The notes beneath the pieces were generated by a model, which did no database searches, was not told the DNA's origin, and was given only the letters and a program-made list of their open reading frames with translations. Of a DNA stretch of 64,000 bases, positions 40,312-49,325 are shown piece after piece. A program made the translations under genes and the position numbers. How positions within the stretch are numbered: the first letter of the stretch is position 1; each line of letters starts with the position of its first letter. This DNA comes from Thermofilaceae archaeon (GTDB taxonomy: Archaea > Thermoproteota > Thermoprotei > Thermofilales > Thermofilaceae). Where the stretch lies: NCBI GenBank assembly GCA_038861545.1, contig JAWCCZ010000002.1, positions 128,001-192,000 of the forward strand, read 5' to 3'.

Positions 40312-41358
40312 CTAGCTGAGCGAAGTTGTTTTAAACGTAGTCAGTAATGCCTCCAACTTTCCTTTAGGCGCCTCTTCGCGATAGCTTCTAAGCGGGTACT
40401 CGCTGTGCGTAGTAGTTAAAACTAAGTATTTTTTCCCATGTAACCTGAGAATTGTACGCGGGACTTCAAGGAAATCTTCGCTGCTTACCGCGTCGTTAAA
40501 GATTAAGTCCACTGGTACACCAGTGAAGAAAACAGCTTTTTCAGCTTTAACTCTTAAACTTGCAACTTCTCTAGACCAATTAAGAGCTTCTTTAAGTGTT
40601 GACTTCGGTGCGAGATCGAGAGGGTGGAAAGCGTCATACATTTGAAGCAAACGTTCAAATAAACCACCTTTCCGTAGATCCCCATCGCAGTGAAGAATAG
40701 CCCATTTACCAGCCTTATGTATTACACCTGCAAACTTCCAATGCCATGGGAAATACAGTTCTTCGTAAAAATCCCTGCTGTATAGCGGCCCAGTGTACGC
40801 CGCTGAATCGTCTGCAACCCTTACAGCGTCTACAGTATCTAGCTCTGCACCAGCCTTCACGATCTCGAGCACATAGGAGGCGATCCTCCCGTACAGTCTG
40901 CTCGCCTCGCTATGCTTTAAAGCATAGAAAACCCCGAAACTAAAGTGGTGGAATGTTTGGCCAAGCTCCACGCTTCGACGGTAGGCCGGTTTAGCGAAAA
41001 ACGCCTCGGAAATCTCGGTGGGTCCTAGAACTTTCAGTATTACAAGCTTGCCGTTAACTAAACCTTTAATACGCCTGTTAAAGCTTTCAATGGCAGAGAA
41101 TATTACTTCAGCGGGATCCGGCCACTCATATCCGTCGACGTTAATACGGTCAAGCCAGCTACTCAGTCTTTCGTTTTCACGTCTCTGAAACGGACCCCCT
41201 TCCTCGTAAAAGTTTCTCCAATCGGCTATCTTAACGCCAGCGCCAATTGCATCGCTTACTGAAGACTCGAATGCTTTATCGTCCGACTCTATGTGTAGAG
41301 GAGCTCGCGGCGGCTCTAATCCTTCAAAAACCATCTCAATAAGCCTTCTACCCTTCAC
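40312..41358 (-). CDS. uroporphyrinogen decarboxylase / MtaA-CmuA superfamily protein
   Basis: Y.WPDP, ADD.A...GPL.S...Y.E..FP, LHCDG. Confidence 0.75.
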   Translation of the reverse strand: MKGRRLIEMVFEGLEPPRAPLHIESDDKAFESSVSDAIGAGVKIADWRNFYEEGGPFQRRENERLSSWLDRINVDGYEWPDPAEVIFSAIESFNRRIKGLVNGKLVILKVLGPTEISEAFFAKPAYRRSVELGQTFHHFSFGVFYALKHSEASRLYGRIASYVLEIVKAGAELDTVDAVRVADDSAAYTGPLYSRDFYEELYFPWHWKFAGVIHKAGKWAILHCDGDLRKGGLFERLLQMYDAFHPLDLAPKSTLKEALNWSREVASLRVKAEKAVFFTGVPVDLIFNDAVSSEDFLEVPRTILRLHGKKYLVLTTTHSEYPLRSYREEAPKGKLEALLTTFKTTSLS

Positions 41359-41539
41359 GCTAAGATAATAGAACCAGTAATTAAAAACACTCTACTAGAA
41401 CATAGATAGTTATTCGGCACCCAGCAGCGCCTTCGAGACAGCCTTTTAAACAGCCGCTAGTGTATACCAGACTAGTAGGGGATGATAAGGGATCTGAATA
41501 TAGCGTGCAGACTGAGGGTGAAACCATTGGGTATACAGC

Positions 41540-41927
41540 TTCTCCTTATCAACACTAAGCTCGGCGAGGAAGTGGAACTGAGAATATTCGGTAGAATGAG
41601 AGTTAGTGGAGGCCTACGTGGTTGGATACGGTTTCGTTAAAGCCTTTCTCTCTTAACTTTGTTCCAAGGCGTAAAAAGAAAATCGTTTTCCAGGACCCCT
41701 CCGCCGCGCAAGCCTTCACAAGCCTTTCTCGCCCCCACTGCATAGGGTAGCATTGATTGAATGGATTATGTTGGAGCATGCTCTCAGAAAGTTCGGCTAG
41801 GTATACTTCTGGCGCAACAGGGTACAAGATAAACGTAACAACTGGTAACCTGAAGATCGAAGTTAAGACGGGGAAGCACTCGAGAAAAGTCTTGAAAAAC
41901 AAGGCAACTAATGAAAAGCGCCCTTGA
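41540..41927 (+). pseudogene. relic of an AAA_14/DUF4143-type archaeal ATP-binding protein (C-terminal part)
   Basis: Fragments RRKKKIVFQDP.AA, EWIMLEHALRKFG*VYFWRN and Y.I.V.TGNLKIEVKTGK, with stops and frameshifts. Confidence 0.6.
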
Positions 41928-42381
41928 TGTCTACGAAGGTTAGTGAAGCATAACTGCTGCAAGAGTGCAGCACATCAGAGGTCATTGGAGCTAAACATGG
42001 GGGATCTCGGGGGAGTGATTGACTCTACGCTAAACAATTGCTTTCCTTACCCCTTTAGAATCTTTTGCTACTTTAATATCAAGATATCTAGGATACATAT
42101 GAAACATATGGTACTTAACGCGCAATAATGTGTCCGAAATATGGGTAGACCCGTCGAGGTCTAGGAGCTTCTATGTATAGTGGCTGTGGCCTCGCTTGGA
42201 CCGGCTTGTAGAAGATAATTTTGAGCCCCGAAGGGGGCGTGGGTTCTGTTGGAGGCTGTAAAGCACTTCAACTTCCCTTCCGAGGAGTGAAAGGAGGAGG
42301 AAGAGTTGAACTGACTTAGCGGCGCGTAAGATATTCTTCAGTTATTTAAACATTTAGGTAAAGAAAACTTTCTAACTATTT

Positions 42382-43797
42382 TTACCGTTGGGCGAGAGTT
42401 CTTAGCGCCGCTAGCTGTAGCGGGTACGCCAGCGGCGAAGCCGTGAGTAAGGGTTGTGTAGCTAGTTGCAACTTAACGATGTCGAAAGCGGTGAGGCCGC
42501 TTTGTATAGCTGCAGCAGCGTAATTGACCATTTCACCGACAGACTCAGGACCCGCTACTTGGACACCGACTAGCCTTAGATCGCTCCTTGTGAAGATGGC
42601 TTTCAACTTGATTCTAGACGCTCCGGGAAGGTTGGCGGGGTGTCTGTTCACTGTTTCTACGGCGGAAGCTATAACGTCCAAGCCACGTTCCCTGGCCAAC
42701 GTCTCTGTCAATCCAGCGGCGGCCAGCACGGTGCCAGATACAACCGTGGAGTAAGTGGGGAGAACCCCTTCAACGCCCCTCGAAGGCGCAAGCCCGGCTA
42801 TGTGCATTGCTGCAATCCTCCCCTCTGCAACCGCCAGCGTTGCGAAGTAAGCCCGCGTGGGGTGGTCCGTGAAGAAGTCCTTCTTCTGGGCTATGTCACC
42901 TACCGCATAGATGTCCGGGTCGCTTGTCTTCATGAAGGAGTCGACTATCAAGTGACCTGATTCGTCTACCGCTAACCCCGCTTTTCTCGCAATTTCTGTG
43001 TTTGGGGTTACTCCCACGGAAATAAGAACTGCGTCCGCCTCGATCTCCTCGCCCGCATCCAGAATGACTTTCTCTACCCTATCTCTCCCTCTGATTTCTC
43101 TCACCCTGGTTTTGAAGTGGAACTTGACGCCTTTCCCCTCCAGCTCCTTCCTCGCGATTTCACCGAACTCTCTATCGAAGGCGAGCGGCAGCACCTCGTC
43201 GAACACTTCAACTATATGCACTTCCCTTCCCTCCGCCAGGTCGTCGGCGTACTCAACCCCAACGAAGCCGGCTCCTATGATGACGATCTTCTTTGCACTC
43301 TTAAGTACGTTGAAGGCTTTCGTGAGGGGTTCGTACTCCTTCTGGATAAGTACGACGTTATCCAGCTCTACACCTGGAATCTTCGGCTTCACGGGGTTCG
43401 TGCCCGTAGCTAACACGAGCTTCCCGTATCTGTACTCCCTCCCGCTCGCAGTCTTCACTACTTTCCTTCCCCTATCGATTTCAACGAGTTCGTCGATTGC
43501 CAACTCCACGCTCGCCCCTGTGAGAACCGTGTCGGAGATAAGGCAGCCATCCGTGGAACCTATAGTCTCAACGATGTAAGGAACCGAGCAGGGTATCGGT
43601 TGGGCTTTCGTCCTCCTTACAACGAGAACCTTGAAATTGGGGCGGAGACTCTTTAAAGCTAGAGCAACGGCGAGCCCGCCCGCTCCACCGCCCACAACTA
43701 CAACGTCGAACTTCTCCACACTAGTGAAGCTATGATCTGGCCCTAAAAAGTTTAGCTTTTCCACTATTTCGGAGAAATCAAATTTAATTTGATTCAA
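42382..43797 (-). CDS. FAD-dependent NAD(P)H oxidase / CoA-disulfide reductase family
   Basis: GGGAGG, single redox Cys in IPCSVPY, ATG, GAGFVG.E, YAVGD, C-terminal dimerisation domain. True start probably the GTG at 43719. Confidence 0.92.
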   Translation of the reverse strand: MNQIKFDFSEIVEKLNFLGPDHSFTSVEKFDVVVVGGGAGGLAVALALKSLRPNFKVLVVRRTKAQPIPCSVPYIVETIGSTDGCLISDTVLTGASVELAIDELVEIDRGRKVVKTASGREYRYGKLVLATGTNPVKPKIPGVELDNVVLIQKEYEPLTKAFNVLKSAKKIVIIGAGFVGVEYADDLAEGREVHIVEVFDEVLPLAFDREFGEIARKELEGKGVKFHFKTRVREIRGRDRVEKVILDAGEEIEADAVLISVGVTPNTEIARKAGLAVDESGHLIVDSFMKTSDPDIYAVGDIAQKKDFFTDHPTRAYFATLAVAEGRIAAMHIAGLAPSRGVEGVLPTYSTVVSGTVLAAAGLTETLARERGLDVIASAVETVNRHPANLPGASRIKLKAIFTRSDLRLVGVQVAGPESVGEMVNYAAAAIQSGLTAFDIVKLQLATQPLLTASPLAYPLQLAALRTLAQR

Positions 43798-44023
43798 ACT
43801 TCGCTACTGAACTTTTGATACACTAAATCAGGGAACTGCGATCGCGCCTCGTTCAAGTTGCCACTCCACTCCCCCTTGCAGCGAGCTTCACTCTCTTCAG
43901 ACCGACCATGCGGACCCGGTGAGTCATGTAGCTTCGAGGCGTTAGGCGTCACAACCTTGATCAATGGAATAACTCCCTGGCGAGGACATGCCCAGTATCT
44001 TCCCAGAGCAGTCTTGTGCCACT

Positions 44024-44147
44024 CTCCTCGATCAGAGCGTTATCGCTAGCGTAGGGAATAATACCTCTCCCAGACGGGAATCACCCCAAGAGAACGGTTG
44101 AGAGCCTGAGTGATAATGAAGTTGAAAGGCTCCTCGAGGCAGTCAAT
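44024..44147 (+). pseudogene. relic of an Fpg/Nei DNA glycosylase (H2TH domain)
   Basis: LLDQSVIASVGN, then frameshifted G(I)HPKRTVESLSDNEVERLLEAV, matching the H2TH consensus LLDQ..IAGIGNIY..E....GIHP.R....LS..E...L. Confidence 0.7.
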
Positions 44148-44161
44148 GCCCCCGCTGCGGG

Positions 44162-44423
44162 ACACCCAATGACCCTTGTATGAATTTAGCCTTTGAGGAG
44201 GCTCTGTCGAGGACGAAATAGTAAAATCGGTCTCCGATGCACTCCGTGTCTAGAGAAACACCAGGCAGTGGTCATCAGTTATTTCCAGAGGGTTGAGAAG
44301 GGAGTGACCCCCATTGAAGTGGAGAGACCTGGTGCCAGCGTTGTCAGAAAACTCACTGGTGAAGGAGCAAACCACCACGATCTCGGCAACACGAACTACG
44401 CATTCGTTGTGAAGTCCCAGAAA
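44162..44423 (+). pseudogene. lplA: relic of lipoate-protein ligase A (N-terminal half)
   Basis: DPCMNLAFEEAL, LRV*RN, AVVISYFQ, VVRKLTGEGANHHDLGNTNYA (consensus RR.TGGGAVYHD.GN.NY), with stops and frameshifts. Confidence 0.8.
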
Positions 44424-44996
44424 CTGTCCGAGTGGGCTTGGGACTTGATCTTGACCGCGAGGGATTAGGCAGAGAGCAGACTCACCCTTTGCGGTTCCAG
44501 CGTGGATGTCGCATCCTGCGTCTTCGATAGGAGGGGCCTCTCCACAAGACCCTCGCCCCATTCAAGGTGGATCTCACCCCTCGGACACCGTTGCCTCTTG
44601 CGCTTCACTTCCCTCCCCGCCGCTCCTCGCTCTGGAGCGTACTCGTCTGCGACCCCTGGCTACTGGACCTCATCGAGCCGGCCGGCGCACGAAAAGGAAC
44701 AGCAAAAAAGCTAAGGAGGTGGCATACTGTTATATGAATCGCATCATGTTTCTTGGCATGTTCTAGCTCTCACTTTCGGCACTTAAGTTAATATCACAGA
44801 TGGGCAAAAACTTTACTGCCTCTTTGCCAAAAACTTCTCCTGAGATAAAGGGTATCCTGTGAGATAGCCCCTTCCAAAGCTTCAAGAAAATTTACTTTGA
44901 AGTAAAAGAATCAGTAGCTTTATAATCCTCCCAAGCATGAATGAAATTCACCTTTCCAGGGATATACTTAAAAAATGACTATTAAAAGGGGGGTGC

Positions 44997-46298
44997 ATGG
45001 TTAAGCCTGCGGATGAGGAGAGCAATGCGTTTTTCAGGGACGTATACCCGTTTGTCGATGTTCCACATGTAGGCCTTATAGATGACCGCGAACTAGCTGA
45101 GAACCTTAGCAAAATCTACTTCACGGACACGACTCTTCGGGACGGGCAGCAGGGCTGGAGAGTATTTACCATTAAAGAGCATGAAAGGATATACGAGCTT
45201 CTCGCAGAGATAGGAAAAGCCATAGTCGGCACGGAGGTTTTTCTTTACACTAGTAAAGATAGGGAAGTGGTCAGGCGATTACTGAGTTACGGTTACGAGT
45301 GGCCCAAGTTAATCGCCTGGATAAGAGCTATGCATTCTGACCTTCAGCTAGTTATAGATGCCCGTTTGGATGAAGCGGTTATACTTACGTCAATATCCGA
45401 CTACCACATAAAGTATAAGTTTAATTCCACCAGAGAAGAGGTTACGAGGAAGTACCTAGAGGTTATAGAGAAAGCGCTCAACCATGGCATAACTGTTAAA
45501 GCCTCCCTTGAGGATATAACCAGAGCTGATCTGCACGGTCTCGTAATACCTTTTGTAAGAAAACTTATGGAGCTGAGCGAGAAGTATGGAGTGCAAGTGA
45601 AGATAAAAGTATGCGATACTCTTGGTGTAGGCCTACCCTTCTATGAAGCCCCACTACCTAGAAGTATACCGAGGATTGCCCGGGCTTTAAGAGGCGCTGG
45701 AGTTTCGCAGGAGTACATGGAGTTCCATGGACACAACGATCTGGGCCTCGTCGTGGCTAATCATCTATCAGCATGGCTATATGGGATAGCGTCAGCTAAC
45801 TGCACGCTCCTCGGTATTGGAGAAAGAGCTGGGAACTGTCCCCTCGACATCATGGCTGTGCACTATGCTGGTCTGAGGGGTTCCAATGATATAAATTTAA
45901 AGGCTCTAGCTAAAGTAATTGAAGTTTTTGATGAGATGGGCTATAAAGGTGCCGAGCATTACCCTATTGTTGGCAAGAATGCCTTTAGAACAAAAGCAGG
46001 GATACATGTTGACGGTCTCATGAAGAACCCGGAAGTATACTTGCCGTTTGATCCAATGAAGGTTCTAGGGCGGCCATACTCGGTAGCTATAACTCCTTAC
46101 GCAGGCAGGTCAGCTGTAATATTATGGATAATGAACCACCTTAGATATGATAAATTAAGCAAAGACGATGAACGAGTTACAGCTGTCTACAACGAGATAG
46201 TTGAATACTTCAATAGAACTGATAGAACAGAGCCTTTAAGGGATGAAGAGACAGCTAACTTCATACGAAAATACTTCCCAGAGTTATTTGAACGTTGA
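44997..46298 (+). CDS. DRE-TIM Claisen synthase, most like Re-citrate synthase
   Basis: FFRDVYPF..VP N-terminal extension, TDTTLRDGQQ, SDYHI, HGHND, GIGERAGNCPL, AGIH.DGL.KN.EVY..FD; no LeuA regulatory domain. Confidence 0.8.
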   Translation: MVKPADEESNAFFRDVYPFVDVPHVGLIDDRELAENLSKIYFTDTTLRDGQQGWRVFTIKEHERIYELLAEIGKAIVGTEVFLYTSKDREVVRRLLSYGYEWPKLIAWIRAMHSDLQLVIDARLDEAVILTSISDYHIKYKFNSTREEVTRKYLEVIEKALNHGITVKASLEDITRADLHGLVIPFVRKLMELSEKYGVQVKIKVCDTLGVGLPFYEAPLPRSIPRIARALRGAGVSQEYMEFHGHNDLGLVVANHLSAWLYGIASANCTLLGIGERAGNCPLDIMAVHYAGLRGSNDINLKALAKVIEVFDEMGYKGAEHYPIVGKNAFRTKAGIHVDGLMKNPEVYLPFDPMKVLGRPYSVAITPYAGRSAVILWIMNHLRYDKLSKDDERVTAVYNEIVEYFNRTDRTEPLRDEETANFIRKYFPELFER

Positions 46299-46330
46299 AA
46301 TGTATTACCTAATCTAGCTGGTGAAAATTC

Positions 46331-47584
46331 TTGGGATTCATAGATAGACTCATATCCAGGATTACCGGAAGAGATGTATCTCCAGGAGATATAGTTGTTG
46401 TAAATATTGATGTAGTGTACGCTCAAGATGGGACAGCACCCTTAATTATTGAAACGATAGAGAAAGAATTAGGGTTAGAGGAGTTACTGGCAGCGAATAG
46501 GACTTACTTTTTCATAGATCATTCAGCACCTGCACCTCATATAGCTGCAGCTACGGCTCATAGAGAGATGAGGAGATTCTGTAGGAGGCAAGGTATACGT
46601 TTATACGATGCTGGAAATGGTATATGCCACCAAGTGGCTATAGATGAGGGCATAGTTAGACCCGGCATGGTAGTCATGGGGGCCGACAGCCATACACCCA
46701 CTGTTGGAGCTCTAGGACTTTACGCTTTAGGGGTTGGAAGCACGGATGCGGCCATAGCTATTGCTTATGGGAAACAGTGGACGAGAATCCCTTTTACAGT
46801 GAAAATTGTTCTTACAGGCAGGCCACCTAGAAGTGTTATGTCCAAGGACATAGCCTTAAGCTTAATAGGCGAGCTTAAGACAGACGGTATGGTAGGAAAA
46901 GCTATTGAGTTTCATGGAGAGGCTCTTAAGCACCTTTCCATGGATTCAAGGTTTACTTTGACAAATATGAGTACAGAAATGGGTGCTGAATCGGCTGTAA
47001 TACCAGTGGATGAAGCGGCTAGACAGTGGCTTGAAAACAGAAGTTTAACTCCCCTTAGGTATGTAGACTATGATCCGTTGAAAACCCAGTTTATAGAAGA
47101 GTTAACATTTGAAGTGGATAGGATAGAGCCAATGGTTGCAATGCCACCAGATGTAGATAACGTCTTAGCGGTTAGTGAAATAGAAGATGTAGAGGTGGAT
47201 CAAGTGTTTATAGGCTCCTGCACCAACGGTAGGCTTGAGGATATAGAGATCGCAGCTAGGATTCTTAAGGGTAGGAGAATTCATGGAAATGTTAGGTGTA
47301 TTGTTTCGCCTGCATCTAAAAAAGTGTATTCGGAAGCGCTTAGGGAAGGGTATATCCAGATATTAGCTGAAGCTGGATGCATTGTAGCTCCACCTACCTG
47401 TGGACCTTGTGTAGGGGCACACATGGGTATTCTCGCTGAAGGCGAAGTTGCTTTAGCTACAACTAATAGAAACTTCCCGGGAAGAATGGGGCATAAAAAT
47501 AGCAAGTTATATTTAGCATCGCCAGCCACGGCCGCTGCAACAGCTATAGAGGGCAAGATAACCGATCCGCGTAAATATCTTTAG
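46331..47584 (+). CDS. leuC: 3-isopropylmalate dehydratase/homoaconitase/aconitase family large subunit
   Basis: QDGT, DH, GICHQ, GADSHT, GSCTNGR, CGPC.G, NRNFPGRMG, ASPATAAA. Confidence 0.93.
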   Translation: MGFIDRLISRITGRDVSPGDIVVVNIDVVYAQDGTAPLIIETIEKELGLEELLAANRTYFFIDHSAPAPHIAAATAHREMRRFCRRQGIRLYDAGNGICHQVAIDEGIVRPGMVVMGADSHTPTVGALGLYALGVGSTDAAIAIAYGKQWTRIPFTVKIVLTGRPPRSVMSKDIALSLIGELKTDGMVGKAIEFHGEALKHLSMDSRFTLTNMSTEMGAESAVIPVDEAARQWLENRSLTPLRYVDYDPLKTQFIEELTFEVDRIEPMVAMPPDVDNVLAVSEIEDVEVDQVFIGSCTNGRLEDIEIAARILKGRRIHGNVRCIVSPASKKVYSEALREGYIQILAEAGCIVAPPTCGPCVGAHMGILAEGEVALATTNRNFPGRMGHKNSKLYLASPATAAATAIEGKITDPRKYL

Positions 47585-47586
47585 AG

Positions 47587-48114
47587 ATGATCGACATGGT
47601 AAAAGGTAGATGCTGGAAACTGGGGGATAACGTAAGCACGGACCACATAATATCAGGTAAGCACAAGTTCAGCGCTATAGACAGCCTAGACTCAATGATC
47701 CCCCACGTCCTCGAAGAGGTGATACCTGAGTTTTACAAGAAGGTTAGTAAGGGCGATATAATCGTCGCAGGGAAAAACTTCGGCAAAGGGTCCAGCAGAG
47801 AACAAGCTCCAAGGCTTCTAAAAATAGTCGGCATTTCAGCTGTTGTGTCAAAAAGCTTCGCGCACATCTTCTATAGGAATGCCGTAAACATCGGGCTCCC
47901 GGTCGTAGTAGCACAGAGAATTCCAGAGGTTTCCGAGACTGGTGATATCATAGAAGTAGACCTTGAGAATGGCATCGTGAGAAATGTTACTAAGGGCGTT
48001 GAGGAGCGCATAAGCCCTTTCCCGATAGAGGTGGCAGTAATACTTAAGGCTGGAGGCATTGTTGAATATGTCAAGCGATACGGTGCACCACCATGGCTAG
48101 GAGGTACAAAGTAG
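47587..48114 (+). CDS. leuD: 3-isopropylmalate dehydratase/homoaconitase family small subunit
   Basis: GDNVSTDHII, GKNFGKGSSREQA, SFAHIFYRNAVNIGLP. Confidence 0.93.
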   Translation: MIDMVKGRCWKLGDNVSTDHIISGKHKFSAIDSLDSMIPHVLEEVIPEFYKKVSKGDIIVAGKNFGKGSSREQAPRLLKIVGISAVVSKSFAHIFYRNAVNIGLPVVVAQRIPEVSETGDIIEVDLENGIVRNVTKGVEERISPFPIEVAVILKAGGIVEYVKRYGAPPWLGGTK

Positions 48115-49148
48115 GGTTCATAAGAGGTGATGGAATAGGCCCAGAGATCGTTGATGCGGCGTTGGAGGTTATATCCCATTTAATGCCAGGTATAGAACTC
48201 GTTGAATTTCAAGCTGGTTACGAATATTATAAGAGAACTGGTAAAACCATAGAAGATGATTTTCTCGAAAAGATTGAGGAAGTAGACGCCATTATTAAAG
48301 GACCTCTATATACGCCTTCTCACGATCCTAACTTCAAAAGCGTTAACGTTTTGATTAGGAAGAAACTAGACCTTTACGCAAATATTAGACCATTCAAGAG
48401 CTTTCAAGGGGTTTCTCAGAAAAACTTCAACCTAATCATATTTAGAGAAAGTACTGAGGGAGAATACGTTGGTATAGAGGGTACATTTGGAGACCTAGCT
48501 GTTTCGCTAAGGATAATAACTAGGAAAGGTGCAGAAAGGATATGCAGGCAAGCGTTCAATTATGCAAAAAAAGTGGGGTTAAAACGAGTAACAGTGGTAC
48601 ACAAGGCAAACATTCTTAAATTAAGTGACGGGCTTTTTAGGCAGACGTTTTTCGATGTAGCTAAGGAGTTCCCTGATGCTGTTCCCGAAGAAGTCATAAT
48701 CGATACAGCTACCTATGCCCTTGTGAAAAATCCTGAGAAGTTCCAAGTGCTTGTTACACCAAACCTCTACGGCGATATTCTTTCCGATCTAGTCGGTGGG
48801 CTTGTGGGTAGCCTAGGGCTATGCGGGTCGGCGTTAATAGGCGATAAAATAGGGGTTTTCGAACCCATTCACGGCGTGGCATTAGATATAGCTGGCAAGG
48901 GTATCGCTAACCCCATTGGGATGCTTACAGCTTCAAAGCTCATGCTCGAATATTTAGGACAAAAAAACGAAGATTCAGAAATAATTAGGAAAGCATCAAT
49001 CCTTGAAAATGTCATACGCATAGTTGTAGAGGATAAAAGAGTTTGGACACCTGATCTAGGAGGCCGATACAGAACCGGAGATATAGCCAAAGCTATAATG
49101 GAAGAGTTAAACAATAACACTCTACTAATAGAAAACAATAGAATATAG
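48093..49148 (+). CDS. beta-decarboxylating dehydrogenase, probably NAD-dependent isocitrate dehydrogenase
   Basis: GDGIGPE, KSVNVLIRK, RE.TEGEY, VHKANI, NLYGDILSD, EPIHGVALDIAGKGIANP. Confidence 0.88.
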   Translation: MARRYKVGFIRGDGIGPEIVDAALEVISHLMPGIELVEFQAGYEYYKRTGKTIEDDFLEKIEEVDAIIKGPLYTPSHDPNFKSVNVLIRKKLDLYANIRPFKSFQGVSQKNFNLIIFRESTEGEYVGIEGTFGDLAVSLRIITRKGAERICRQAFNYAKKVGLKRVTVVHKANILKLSDGLFRQTFFDVAKEFPDAVPEEVIIDTATYALVKNPEKFQVLVTPNLYGDILSDLVGGLVGSLGLCGSALIGDKIGVFEPIHGVALDIAGKGIANPIGMLTASKLMLEYLGQKNEDSEIIRKASILENVIRIVVEDKRVWTPDLGGRYRTGDIAKAIMEELNNNTLLIENNRI

Positions 49149-49325
49149 TTTTCGTCTAACTAGTATAAAAAGAAGCCTAATAAATATTATTGTTACCCTC
49201 TGACACTGTTATAACTATGTGGGAGAGTTTCAAAGTATTTCGGCTAGGCCAATAGCTTTAATGAAGCCTAAACGCTCAAGTTTTAGAGTAAATGTTTTAA
49301 CCTGAAGAATCACCTTTCAGGTAAG

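Noticed and set aside
41480-41516. C/D-box sRNA candidate (ATGATAA...CTGA...CTGA)
   Set aside because: Poor box C, first guide too short, no C' box.
42223-42312. Hairpins (GCCCCGAAGGGGGC; TTCAACTTCC...GGAAGAGTTGAA) considered as a SECIS element or ncRNA
   Set aside because: No in-frame UGA selenoprotein nearby and no clear archaeal SECIS geometry; better explained as a decayed coding tail.
44470-44760. GC-rich stretch considered as RNase P or SRP RNA
   Set aside because: The conserved GAGGAAAGUCC and SRP helix-8 motifs were not found on either strand.
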